From an uncultured Methylococcus sp. (GTDB taxonomy: Bacteria > Pseudomonadota > Gammaproteobacteria > Methylococcales > Methylococcaceae), in the NCBI GenBank assembly GCA_964344615.1, contig CAYFOC010000001.1:802-64801 (forward strand): 64,000 nt of DNA. The letters are read 5' to 3'. Of the stretch, positions 17,294 through 26,893 are shown piece by piece (within the stretch, counting starts at the first letter, position 1; every line of letters begins with the position of its first letter). The notes beneath the pieces were generated by a model. The model did not search any database and had not been told where the DNA came from. It worked only from the letters and a program-made list of their open reading frames with translations. The position numbers and the translations under genes are program-made.

Positions 17294-17608
17294 GTGATTT
17301 TTCCTCCAACGACGGATGACGGATTTCTCCTGGACTCACGATTGTGGTCCGAGGACATCGCCCAGGTTTTGGTCGGCCGAACATCGATCGTTCTTGATGA
17401 GCGACATTTTGAAATACTGCGTTTTATTCGGGGATACCATGCCCAGTATCATCATCTGCCGAATAATCGGATGTTCATCAAGGCCGTGCAGTTGGCTCTG
17501 GGCCCCGAGAAGGGTGCTTCTCAGTACCTGAATCTACTGTTTGAAGGGAGTCCTGTAAGGAATGCCTGTCTTGCAGCCGGACTTCCAAAGCCTCCCGGAT
17601 GCCTGTGA
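17294..17608 (+). CDS. tusE: TusE/DsrC-family sulfur relay protein carrying both C-terminal cysteines
   Basis: The C-terminus 'NACLAAGLPKPPGCL' has the Cys-x10-Cys arm that characterises DsrC proper. E. coli TusE has only the last Cys. Confidence 0.75.
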   Translation: MIFPPTTDDGFLLDSRLWSEDIAQVLVGRTSIVLDERHFEILRFIRGYHAQYHHLPNNRMFIKAVQLALGPEKGASQYLNLLFEGSPVRNACLAAGLPKPPGCL

Positions 17609-17724
17609 GCCGGTGGCTACTGGCTTGACGCTGAGGCTTATGGCGAGTAATTTAGTCAGTCTTTTTTTCTCCGGTTGGACTGCATCTTGTGGTCGACCCT
17701 TCCGGTACTTTTAGGTGAGAAAGC

Positions 17725-19455
17725 GTGGAGCTTAGCGGCGCTGAAATCGTTGTCCAGTGTCTGAAGGATGAGGGTGTAGAGTACATCTTCGGCTATCCTG
17801 GCGGATCGGTTCTTCATATTTACGACGCCCTGTTCAAGCAGGATGACGTCCGTCATATCTTGGTGCGCCACGAGCAGGGGGCGACCCATGCTGCAGACGG
17901 CTACGCGCGTTCGACGGGCAAGCCCGGCGTGGTACTAGTGACCTCGGGGCCCGGCGCGACTAATGCCGTGACCGGAATCGCCACGGCGTACATGGATTCC
18001 ATCCCCTTGGTTGTCCTGACCGGTCAGGTCCCTACGCCGGTAATCGGCAGTGATGCATTCCAGGAATGTGACACCATCGGCATTACCCGCCCATGCGTGA
18101 AACACAATTTCCTTGTCAGTGATCTGTCGCAACTGGCTGAGACCATCAAGAAGGCGTTCTACATTGCGACCACTGGCCGTCCGGGCCCGGTTGTGGTGGA
18201 CATCCCGAAGGATATTACCGACCCGAACATCAAAATTCCGTACCACTATCCTGAATCGGTATCGATCCGTAGCTACAACCCGCAAGTCAAGGGGCATCGC
18301 TGGCAGATCAAGAAGGCGGTAGACCTCCTTGCAACCGCTCGCAAGCCCATGATCTACAGCGGCGGCGGCGTAGTTCTCGGCAATGCGGCTGACGAGTTGG
18401 TGGCATTGACGCGGGCCCTTGGGTATCCCATTACTAATACCCTGATGGGGCTTGGAGCCTATCCGGCCACTGACCGCCAGTTTGTCGGCATGCTGGGCAT
18501 GCACGGAACCTATGAGGCCAATATGGCCATGCACGGATGTGACGTGCTGCTGGCCATTGGCGCCCGATTTGATGACCGGGTCACGGGCAAGCTCGCGCAG
18601 TTCTGTCCGGATGCAAAAATTATCCACATCGATGTTGATCCTGCCTCGATCTCCAAGACGGTACGGGTAGATGTTCCGATCGTAGGGGATGTTGGGCCCG
18701 TTCTTAAGGAAATGATGGAGCTCATTGGCCAGCCTGATTTCTCCATCGATCGCGAAGCCTTGAAGGATTGGTGGGTGCAGATCGAGAAATGGAGGCAAGT
18801 CGAATGTCTCTCATTTGATCGCACGAGCGACAGAATCAAGCCGCAGTATGTTGTGGAGCAGTTGTGGGAAGTCACGCGTGGCGATGCCTTTGTGACCTCC
18901 GATGTTGGCCAGCACCAAATGTGGGCGGCTCAGTTTTATCGGTTTGACAAGCCACGGCGCTGGATCAACTCCGGTGGGCTTGGAACCATGGGATTCGGTC
19001 TTCCGGCGGCCGTTGGCGTGAAGCTCGGTAATCCTGAGGCGGATGTGGCCTGTGTGACGGGTGAGGCCAGCATCCAGATGTGTATCCAGGAACTGGCCAC
19101 CGCACTGCAGTACCGTACCGGTATCAAGATCGTGAATCTGAATAATGGTTACATGGGCATGGTCCGCCAGTGGCAGGAGTTCCTCTATGAAAGCCGCTAT
19201 TCCCAATCCTATCTGGAAACGATCCCGGACTTTGTGAAGTTGGCGGAATCCTATGGTCATGTCGGCCTCAGAATTTCAAAGCCCGAAGATGTTCGTGGCG
19301 CTTTGGAAGAAGCCTTCAAGATGAAAGATCGGACGGTCTTCTTGGATTTCCTGACGGACCCATCCGAAAACGTCTACCCCATGATTGAGGCCGGCAAGGC
19401 GCATAACGAGATGCGGATGGCACCCGGAGTCAGCGTAGATCGGGAGCTCTCATGA
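17725..19455 (+). CDS. ilvI: Acetolactate synthase, large (catalytic) subunit
   Basis: 'IFGYPGGSVLHIYDAL' is present, along with the ThDP motif region 'GGLGTMGFGLPAA'. The stop overlaps the start of the small subunit. Confidence 0.95.
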   Translation: MELSGAEIVVQCLKDEGVEYIFGYPGGSVLHIYDALFKQDDVRHILVRHEQGATHAADGYARSTGKPGVVLVTSGPGATNAVTGIATAYMDSIPLVVLTGQVPTPVIGSDAFQECDTIGITRPCVKHNFLVSDLSQLAETIKKAFYIATTGRPGPVVVDIPKDITDPNIKIPYHYPESVSIRSYNPQVKGHRWQIKKAVDLLATARKPMIYSGGGVVLGNAADELVALTRALGYPITNTLMGLGAYPATDRQFVGMLGMHGTYEANMAMHGCDVLLAIGARFDDRVTGKLAQFCPDAKIIHIDVDPASISKTVRVDVPIVGDVGPVLKEMMELIGQPDFSIDREALKDWWVQIEKWRQVECLSFDRTSDRIKPQYVVEQLWEVTRGDAFVTSDVGQHQMWAAQFYRFDKPRRWINSGGLGTMGFGLPAAVGVKLGNPEADVACVTGEASIQMCIQELATALQYRTGIKIVNLNNGYMGMVRQWQEFLYESRYSQSYLETIPDFVKLAESYGHVGLRISKPEDVRGALEEAFKMKDRTVFLDFLTDPSENVYPMIEAGKAHNEMRMAPGVSVDRELS

Positions 19456-19946
19456 AGCGTCATATCATCTCGATTCTGATCGAAAATGAAGCCGGTGCGC
19501 TCTCTCGGGTTGCCGGGCTTTTTTCAGCACGCGGCTATAACATCGAAACGCTGACGGTTGCTCCGACCGAAGACGCATCCATATCGCGGATGACCATCGT
19601 AACGTGGGGCAGTGACGAAGTGGTCGAGCAAATCACGAAACAGCTAAACAAGCTGGTCGATGTTGTGCGGCTCATCGATATCTCGGAGTCCGAGCATATC
19701 GAGCGTGAACTGATGCTGGTCAAGGTGCGTACACACGGCAGCATGCGCGATGAAGTCGTGCGCCTATGCGATATTTTCAGAGGGCGCATTCTCGATGTGA
19801 CGCCCTCCAGCTACGTGATTGAAGTGACCGGGGAGAAGAGCAAGCTTGACGCCGTTCTTCGAGCACTCGGTGATGAACCCATCATCGAAGTCGTCCGTTC
19901 CGGAACCACCGGCATCCTTCGGGGTGACCGGGGTCTTTCAGCCTGA
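19452..19946 (+). CDS. ilvH: Acetolactate synthase, small (regulatory) subunit
   Basis: The ACT domain is 'ILIENEAGALSRVAGLFSARGYNIETL'. The start overlaps the ilvI stop by 4 nt. Confidence 0.95.
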   Translation: MKRHIISILIENEAGALSRVAGLFSARGYNIETLTVAPTEDASISRMTIVTWGSDEVVEQITKQLNKLVDVVRLIDISESEHIERELMLVKVRTHGSMRDEVVRLCDIFRGRILDVTPSSYVIEVTGEKSKLDAVLRALGDEPIIEVVRSGTTGILRGDRGLSA

Positions 19947-19981
19947 TCCCCTTAATTCAACCGAATATCCCTTTTAACTGA

Positions 19982-21007
<1,026 letters not shown>

Positions 21008-21027
21008 TCGGCATACAGCCTCTGCGT

Positions 21028-21062
21028 GCAAAGGGTGGGCTGGTCCCACCCTTTGCTTTTTG
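21028..21062 (+). terminator. Rho-independent terminator after ilvC
   Basis: The hairpin gcaaagggtggg-ctggt-cccaccctttgc (12-bp perfect stem) is followed by ttttt. Confidence 0.85.
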
Positions 21063-21154
21063 TAGACAGGGATTTCCAGTTGCCTTAAAGGTGGCTGGAT
21101 ATGTCGATTAGAATCCTTCAGGATAATGACTGGACTCGGCAGCGCGAATAAGAC

Positions 21155-21901
21155 GTGATGGAAACCAACGTACCCAAGAAGAACAGGCGCAGGGGTATTT
21201 ACCTGCTCCCGAATCTGTTCACCACAGCCGCCCTTTTTTCGGGCTTTTACGCCATCACAGCAGCCATGAACGAGCAGTTCGAGGTTGCCGCGATTGCAAT
21301 CTTTATTGCCATGGTTCTTGATGGGCTGGATGGTCGCGTGGCACGGCTCACCAATACGCAAAGCGCGTTTGGCGCCGAATATGACAGCATGGCCGATATG
21401 ATTTCCTTCGGGGCTGCGCCTGCGCTCGTCATGTATGCCTGGTCTTTATCCCTGCTTGGAAAGGCAGGATGGGTCGCCGCCTTTGTGCATGCAGCAGGCG
21501 CAGCACTCCGTCTGGCGCGCTTCAATACGCAGCTTGGAACGCAGGACAAACGCTATTTCCAGGGGCTGCCAAGTCCGGCCGCCGCTGCCATTCTTGCCGG
21601 ATTTATCTGGGTTACCGTTAAGTACGAAATCCCCTTGGAGCAAACCCACTATGTGGGTTTCGGACTTTCGATCGCTACAGGGCTGTTAATGGTCAGCAAT
21701 TTTCGCTTCTACAGTTTCAAGGATATTGACCTGCATGGCCGGGTATCCTTTCTGTGGGCCATTCTGGTCATGCTACTTTTCGCCCTTCTATACATCGACA
21801 CGCCGCTGGTGCTGTTCGGCATTTTTACCCTCTACGCGATTTCCGGCCCCCTGCTGACGCTGGTTCGCCGGAGACGCATGCGATCAGAGCGCAGATCCTA
21901 G
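21155..21901 (+). CDS. pssA: CDP-diacylglycerol--serine O-phosphatidyltransferase
   Basis: The CDP-alcohol phosphatidyltransferase motif is 'DGLDGRVARLTNTQSAFGAEYDSMAD'. The protein is polytopic. Confidence 0.9.
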   Translation: MMETNVPKKNRRRGIYLLPNLFTTAALFSGFYAITAAMNEQFEVAAIAIFIAMVLDGLDGRVARLTNTQSAFGAEYDSMADMISFGAAPALVMYAWSLSLLGKAGWVAAFVHAAGAALRLARFNTQLGTQDKRYFQGLPSPAAAAILAGFIWVTVKYEIPLEQTHYVGFGLSIATGLLMVSNFRFYSFKDIDLHGRVSFLWAILVMLLFALLYIDTPLVLFGIFTLYAISGPLLTLVRRRRMRSERRS

Positions 21902-22056
21902 GGCTCTGACTTGAAGCGGAGTGGAACGATACCTATAGTGAAGGTGAGGGGTAGGGCACACATTGTTCAAGTCATTTGAGTGACGGAATGGGTCCAAACA
22001 ATAGCGCTGCCAGAACCCATTAGGGCTGCAGTCGAAGCAACGACGAGAATTGATTC

Positions 22057-23604
22057 ATGAGCGACAAACTCATCATTTTTGATACCACTCTCCGTGACGG
22101 CGAACAAAGTCCGGGTGCCTCCATGACCCGCGATGAAAAAGTGCGGATCGCCAAGGCGCTGGAGCGCATGCGTGTCGATGTCATCGAAGCGGGCTTTCCT
22201 GCGGCAAGCCCGGGTGACTTTGAAGGGGTCCAGGCCGTTGCAAGGACCATCAAGGATAGCGTCGTGTGCGGTCTCGCTCGGGCCCTTGATCGTGACATTG
22301 ATCAGGCAGGTGAGGCTCTCAAGGATGCTGAACGGTCCCGTATCCACACCTTTATCGCCACCTCGCCGATTCATATGCAGCTCAAGCTCCGGATGTCGCC
22401 GGAGCAGGTCATCGAACATGCTGTGAAGGCCGTTAAGCGTGCCCGTCAGTACACGGATAGTGTTGAGTTTTCACCTGAGGATGCCGGTCGTTCCGAAGAG
22501 GACTTCCTGTGCCGTATTCTTGAAGCCGTCATTGATGCGGGAGCAACAACGCTCAATATTCCGGATACCGTCGGTTACAGCATGCCTGAAGTATTCGGCC
22601 GTACCATCCGACGTCTGAGGGAGCGCATCCCGAATGCCGACAAGGCCGTTTTTTCTGTTCATTGCCATAACGATCTAGGTCTGGCCGTCGCCAATTCCCT
22701 GTCTGCCGTCATTAACGGCGCACGACAGGTCGAGTGCACTATCAATGGTTTGGGCGAGCGAGCGGGCAACGCAGCGCTTGAAGAAGTGGTCATGGCGGTC
22801 AAGACCCGAAAGGACATCTTCCCGTGTCATGTCGACATCGATACTCGCGAGATCGTGGCGTGTTCGAAACTCGTCTCGAACATTACGGGTTTTCCTGTTC
22901 AACCCAACAAGGCGATTGTGGGTGCGAACGCCTTTGCCCATGAATCCGGGATCCATCAAGATGGCGTTCTCAAGCATCGTGAGACCTACGAGATCATGTG
23001 TGCGGAGGATGTGGGCTGGAGTGCTAATCGAATGGTTCTTGGCAAGCATTCGGGCCGTAATGCCTTTAAAACGCGGATGGCTGAATTGGGGATTGAATTC
23101 CCATCTGAAACCGAGTTGAACGAGGCGTTTGCACGCTTCAAAGATCTTGCTGACAAAAAGCACGAAATTTTTGACGAAGATCTTCAAGCCTTGATCACAG
23201 ATGCCGGAGATGCATCAGCAGAGGAAGGCATCAAGCTTTTGTCACTGAAGGCCTTGAGTGAAACCGGTGAACTCCCATCCGCGCAGGTGACAATTCGGGT
23301 CGATCAGGACGAATTGAAGGCTACGGCAACGGGTGGCGGAGTCGTTGATGCGACCTTCAAGGCCATCGAAGCGGTTCTCAACACCCAGGCACATTTGCAG
23401 CTGTATTCCGTCAATAACATTACGACCGGGACCGATGCCCAGGGCGAAGTGACGGTCCGTCTTGAAAAAGGCGGCCGGATTGTCAACGGACTGGGCGCTG
23501 ACACGGACATCGTTCTGGCTTCTGCAAAGGCATACCTCAATGCGGTGAATAAATTGAGGGTTCCTCAGGCCCGGATGCATCCACAAGCCGCATCCGACGT
23601 CTGA
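22057..23604 (+). CDS. leuA: 2-isopropylmalate synthase
   Basis: '[14 protein letters not shown]' and '[13 protein letters not shown]' are present, with a C-terminal LeuA dimerisation/regulatory domain. Confidence 0.95.
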   Translation: MSDKLIIFDTTLRDGEQSPGASMTRDEKVRIAKALERMRVDVIEAGFPAASPGDFEGVQAVARTIKDSVVCGLARALDRDIDQAGEALKDAERSRIHTFIATSPIHMQLKLRMSPEQVIEHAVKAVKRARQYTDSVEFSPEDAGRSEEDFLCRILEAVIDAGATTLNIPDTVGYSMPEVFGRTIRRLRERIPNADKAVFSVHCHNDLGLAVANSLSAVINGARQVECTINGLGERAGNAALEEVVMAVKTRKDIFPCHVDIDTREIVACSKLVSNITGFPVQPNKAIVGANAFAHESGIHQDGVLKHRETYEIMCAEDVGWSANRMVLGKHSGRNAFKTRMAELGIEFPSETELNEAFARFKDLADKKHEIFDEDLQALITDAGDASAEEGIKLLSLKALSETGELPSAQVTIRVDQDELKATATGGGVVDATFKAIEAVLNTQAHLQLYSVNNITTGTDAQGEVTVRLEKGGRIVNGLGADTDIVLASAKAYLNAVNKLRVPQARMHPQAASDV

Positions 23605-23609
23605 GCGAT

Positions 23610-24281
23610 ATGAAGGGGCACGACTCGCAGGATCCCTATCTCTCCGTGATGGGCATTCAGGAGTACGTGCCCCGCGCTGAAGCCGTTGCATCAGGTGAAG
23701 TTCCAATGTCTGCGTCCTGTCCGGCCAGTGGGGATTGGGCCGCTCTTAGGCAGGCGGTGGCTACCTGTAGCCGCTGTGCCCTCCATGAAACGCGGACGCA
23801 AACGGTTTTCGGTGTGGGACGCGCTGATGCAGACTGGCTTTTCATTGGAGAAGCCCCTGGCGAACAGGAAGACCTCCGCGGCGAGCCTTTTGTTGGACGT
23901 GCCGGCCAGTTGCTCGATGAGATGATTCGGGCGCTGGGACTTGAAAGGGAGGAGGTCTTTATCGCCAACATTCTCAAGTGCCGCCCGCCTAAAAACCGTG
24001 ATCCGTCTCCTCAGGAGTCTGAGGCCTGCGAACCTTTTCTGGTCGAGCAGGTCAGAATGGTTGCGCCAAAAATCATTGTCGCAGTAGGACGAATCGCAGC
24101 GCAAAATCTTCTGAAGACACAGACACCCATCGGAAAACTCAGAGGGACCATCCACGACTATGAGGGGATTCCTGTGGTGGTGACCTATCATCCTGCCTAC
24201 CTCCTGAGGTCACAGACAGAAAAACGCAGGGCATGGGAAGATCTGAAGCTGGCGCGTCGTATCGCAGCGGAGACCGGGTAG
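23610..24281 (+). CDS. Uracil-DNA glycosylase, family 4 (Fe-S type)
   Basis: Motifs are 'CSRCALHETRTQTVFG', 'GEAPGEQED' and 'VVVTYHPAYLLR'. Confidence 0.85.
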   Translation: MKGHDSQDPYLSVMGIQEYVPRAEAVASGEVPMSASCPASGDWAALRQAVATCSRCALHETRTQTVFGVGRADADWLFIGEAPGEQEDLRGEPFVGRAGQLLDEMIRALGLEREEVFIANILKCRPPKNRDPSPQESEACEPFLVEQVRMVAPKIIVAVGRIAAQNLLKTQTPIGKLRGTIHDYEGIPVVVTYHPAYLLRSQTEKRRAWEDLKLARRIAAETG

Positions 24282-24282
24282 T

Positions 24283-24834
24283 ATGATGGACTTCTTTCTG
24301 GATTGTTTTGACCGGCTTCGCAAAGCCGTTGTGTACGACGCACAAGTCGATTTTTATTACAGACATTTCCCGAGTCTTGTGGAAAACGCAGAATGCAACG
24401 TGCGACCCATGGTCCGCACTGATATCCCTCTCATCCATGCGATTGAAACGAAGGCGTATGAGTTCCCATGGGAACTTGAGACCTTCCGCTCGTGCTTCAA
24501 GGTGGGTTATCACTGCTGGATTGCCGAAAGGGCTACGGAAGTTGTGGGCTATGGAATCATGACCATCGGAGCGGGGGAGAGCCATGTGCTTAACGTCTGC
24601 GTGTCCCCAGACTTTCAGGGGCGAGGGTATGGCCGAGTGATTTTTAATCGGATCATTGAGGAAGCCCGTCGGTACAAGGTCGAGACCATGTTTCTTGAGG
24701 TGCGCCCCTCTAATCCCAAGGCCATCAAGCTTTACCGCTCGTTGGGGTTCAATGAGATCGGGATACGGAAGGGTTACTATCCGGCCCTAAATGGTCAGGA
24801 AGATGCCATTGTGATGGCGTTGACCATTCTCTAA
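24283..24834 (+). CDS. rimI: Ribosomal-protein-alanine N-acetyltransferase (GNAT)
   Basis: The acetyl-CoA motif is 'VSPDFQGRGYGRVI', and 'FLEVRPSNPKAIKLYRSLGF' is present. The real start may be Met at 24409 ('MVRTDIPLIHAIE'). Confidence 0.75.
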   Translation: MMDFFLDCFDRLRKAVVYDAQVDFYYRHFPSLVENAECNVRPMVRTDIPLIHAIETKAYEFPWELETFRSCFKVGYHCWIAERATEVVGYGIMTIGAGESHVLNVCVSPDFQGRGYGRVIFNRIIEEARRYKVETMFLEVRPSNPKAIKLYRSLGFNEIGIRKGYYPALNGQEDAIVMALTIL

Positions 24835-24849
24835 CCCAAAACGTTAGGC

Positions 24850-25518
24850 TTATTCGTTGGCCGATTCCAGCAGGTGGAGTCCGACGAGACGTGCAATGAC
24901 GATTCCGAGATACATCTGACCGATCAGGGCCTCTATGGCGCACACCATGCCGGAGAGCGGCTGGACGGGCGTGATATCCCCGTACCCCACCGTAGCCAGG
25001 GTGATCAGGCTGAAATAGATATGCGTGCCGTCATGGAAGACCCCGGTCACATCCGAGCAAATGGATGTGCCGCAATGGAATGAACCGGGCATCAGATCAG
25101 AAATGATCATGTAAAGATCCGCAAAACTCACGGCCGTCAGCAGGTAAATACATATCGCGCCATAGAGGCGGTCCGTGATGTCGACCTTATCCGTGACAAA
25201 GACATCACGGCCCACTCGATAAATAAACCGAATGAAGAAGATCATGAGGATCAGCTTTCGTGCGGTTGCGTAGAAATGATCGTCTACGCTGACCATTTCC
25301 CCCCCCCACGCCGCAAAAAGCACGGGCAGTAACACCCAAAAAATAATAGGTGTCTTGTGAGGGCCTGGCGTTGCGCGAAGTCCGGCACGAAGGATGGCGA
25401 GACCGAAGACAGCCTCAATCGTCTTTCCCATGAGTCCAAAACTGACGAGGACGGGGTAACCCAGGAAGAAGACGCAGATGGCGATCAGAAGTTCGCTAAA
25501 GTGAATCGAACGGCGCAT
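24850..25518 (-). CDS. Potassium channel (pore-loop, TVGYG selectivity filter)
   Basis: 'FSLITLATVGYGDITP' is flanked by TM helices. Confidence 0.8.
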   Translation of the reverse strand: MRRSIHFSELLIAICVFFLGYPVLVSFGLMGKTIEAVFGLAILRAGLRATPGPHKTPIIFWVLLPVLFAAWGGEMVSVDDHFYATARKLILMIFFIRFIYRVGRDVFVTDKVDITDRLYGAICIYLLTAVSFADLYMIISDLMPGSFHCGTSICSDVTGVFHDGTHIYFSLITLATVGYGDITPVQPLSGMVCAIEALIGQMYLGIVIARLVGLHLLESANE

Positions 25519-25545
25519 ATTCCTTAAACAGGCGAGTAAACGGTC

Positions 25546-26799
25546 TCAGACATTCAGAAGGAGCCGCGAAGGATCTTCCAGAAGTTCTTTGATCGTAAAG
25601 AGGAAAGACACGGCTTCTCGGCCATCGATGATCCGATGATCGTATGAGAGCGCCAGGTAGATGATCGGGCGGATCACGATCTCGCCATCTTCTACAACGG
25701 GGCGTTCCTTGATCGCATGCATGCCGAGAATCGCGCTCTGGGGTGGGTTCAGAATAGGTGTTGAGAGCATTGATCCGAAGATGCCGCCATTCGTGATGGT
25801 GAATGTTCCACCCGTCAATTCCTCATAGCGCAGATGTCCATCCCGACCGCGCACCGAGAAATCGACAATCGCTTTTTCGATGTCGGCGAAGCCCAGCCGA
25901 TCGACATCCCTTAGCACCGGCACAACCAACCCACGCTCGGTGGTTACGGCTATCCCGATATCATGGTAGTCGTGATAGACAATATCGTCTCCATCAATGG
26001 AGGCGTTAAGAATCGGGAATCGCTTCAATGCCTCAACGGAGGCCTTGATGAAGAATGACATCAAACCGAGTTTCACGCCGTGCGCCTGTTCAAACCGTGA
26101 ACGGTGCTCATTGCGCAACTGAAAAATCTTGTCGAGGTTGACTTCGTTGAATGTGGTCAGGGTGGCCGTCGTCTGTTGTGCTTCGATCATCCTCTCAGCG
26201 ATGCGCGAGCGAATGCGGCTCATGGGTACGCGACGGTCTCCGGGCTTGCTCGGGGCAGATGAATGGGCAGGCGTTTGTGCGGGCCGTCCAGGGGGCTGGT
26301 CAATTGATGTTGCCTGCCCCCGCTGCTCGATCACGTTGAGGACGTCCTGCTTTGAAATACGGCCGGTTACCGGTATGTCAGCAACACTCAGTTGATGTTC
26401 GTTGAGAAGTCGCCTGACGGCAGGGCTGACGGGCTGGTGCGGGGTTGCTGTCGAGGTGAGCAATGGCGGTTTCACGGAAGCGACCGCGGTTTCAGTCGGA
26501 GTGGCTTTCAGACTGAAGTCTTGGTCCGAAGAAATCTGAGCGGGGTACACCTGTTCCTGTGCTTCAGTTTCGATTACGGCAAGAACATCACCCGGGAGTA
26601 CGATGTCCCCCTGATTTCTCCGCAGTTCGATCACGGTGCCACTTTCCGGAGCAGGGACCTCAAGCACGACCTTATCGGTTTCAAGATCCACCAAGGCGAC
26701 ATTCTTCCCCACGGACGTGCCAGCCGAGTGGTGCCAACGGGCCACCGTAGCATCGGAAACGGATTCAGGAAGGTTGGGGACCACGACCTCGATACGCAT
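25546..26799 (-). CDS. sucB: 2-oxoglutarate dehydrogenase E2, dihydrolipoyllysine-residue succinyltransferase
   Basis: The lipoyl site is '[14 protein letters not shown]' and the catalytic motif is '[14 protein letters not shown]'. Confidence 0.95.
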   Translation of the reverse strand: MRIEVVVPNLPESVSDATVARWHHSAGTSVGKNVALVDLETDKVVLEVPAPESGTVIELRRNQGDIVLPGDVLAVIETEAQEQVYPAQISSDQDFSLKATPTETAVASVKPPLLTSTATPHQPVSPAVRRLLNEHQLSVADIPVTGRISKQDVLNVIEQRGQATSIDQPPGRPAQTPAHSSAPSKPGDRRVPMSRIRSRIAERMIEAQQTTATLTTFNEVNLDKIFQLRNEHRSRFEQAHGVKLGLMSFFIKASVEALKRFPILNASIDGDDIVYHDYHDIGIAVTTERGLVVPVLRDVDRLGFADIEKAIVDFSVRGRDGHLRYEELTGGTFTITNGGIFGSMLSTPILNPPQSAILGMHAIKERPVVEDGEIVIRPIIYLALSYDHRIIDGREAVSFLFTIKELLEDPSRLLLNV

Positions 26800-26893
26800 C
26801 TGTCTATTCCTCTCAGAAGAGCAATGGACAGTCTATCCCACCCGAAGAGATCCGTCCTCTTTCGACCGAAACTCAGAGTTTCAAGGAAAGGGT

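Noticed and set aside
17935-18798. A 287-aa ORF on the minus strand.
   Set aside because: It is antisense to ilvI (a clear ThDP enzyme) and is a shadow ORF.
25299-25307. A C9/G9 homopolymer inside the potassium-channel gene as a phase-variation switch.
   Set aside because: Similar C7-C8 runs occur in ordinary genes here (11680-11687 in the ubi hydroxylase, 36008-36015). They simply encode Pro-Pro or Gly-Gly. There is no evidence of length heterogeneity from a single sequence.
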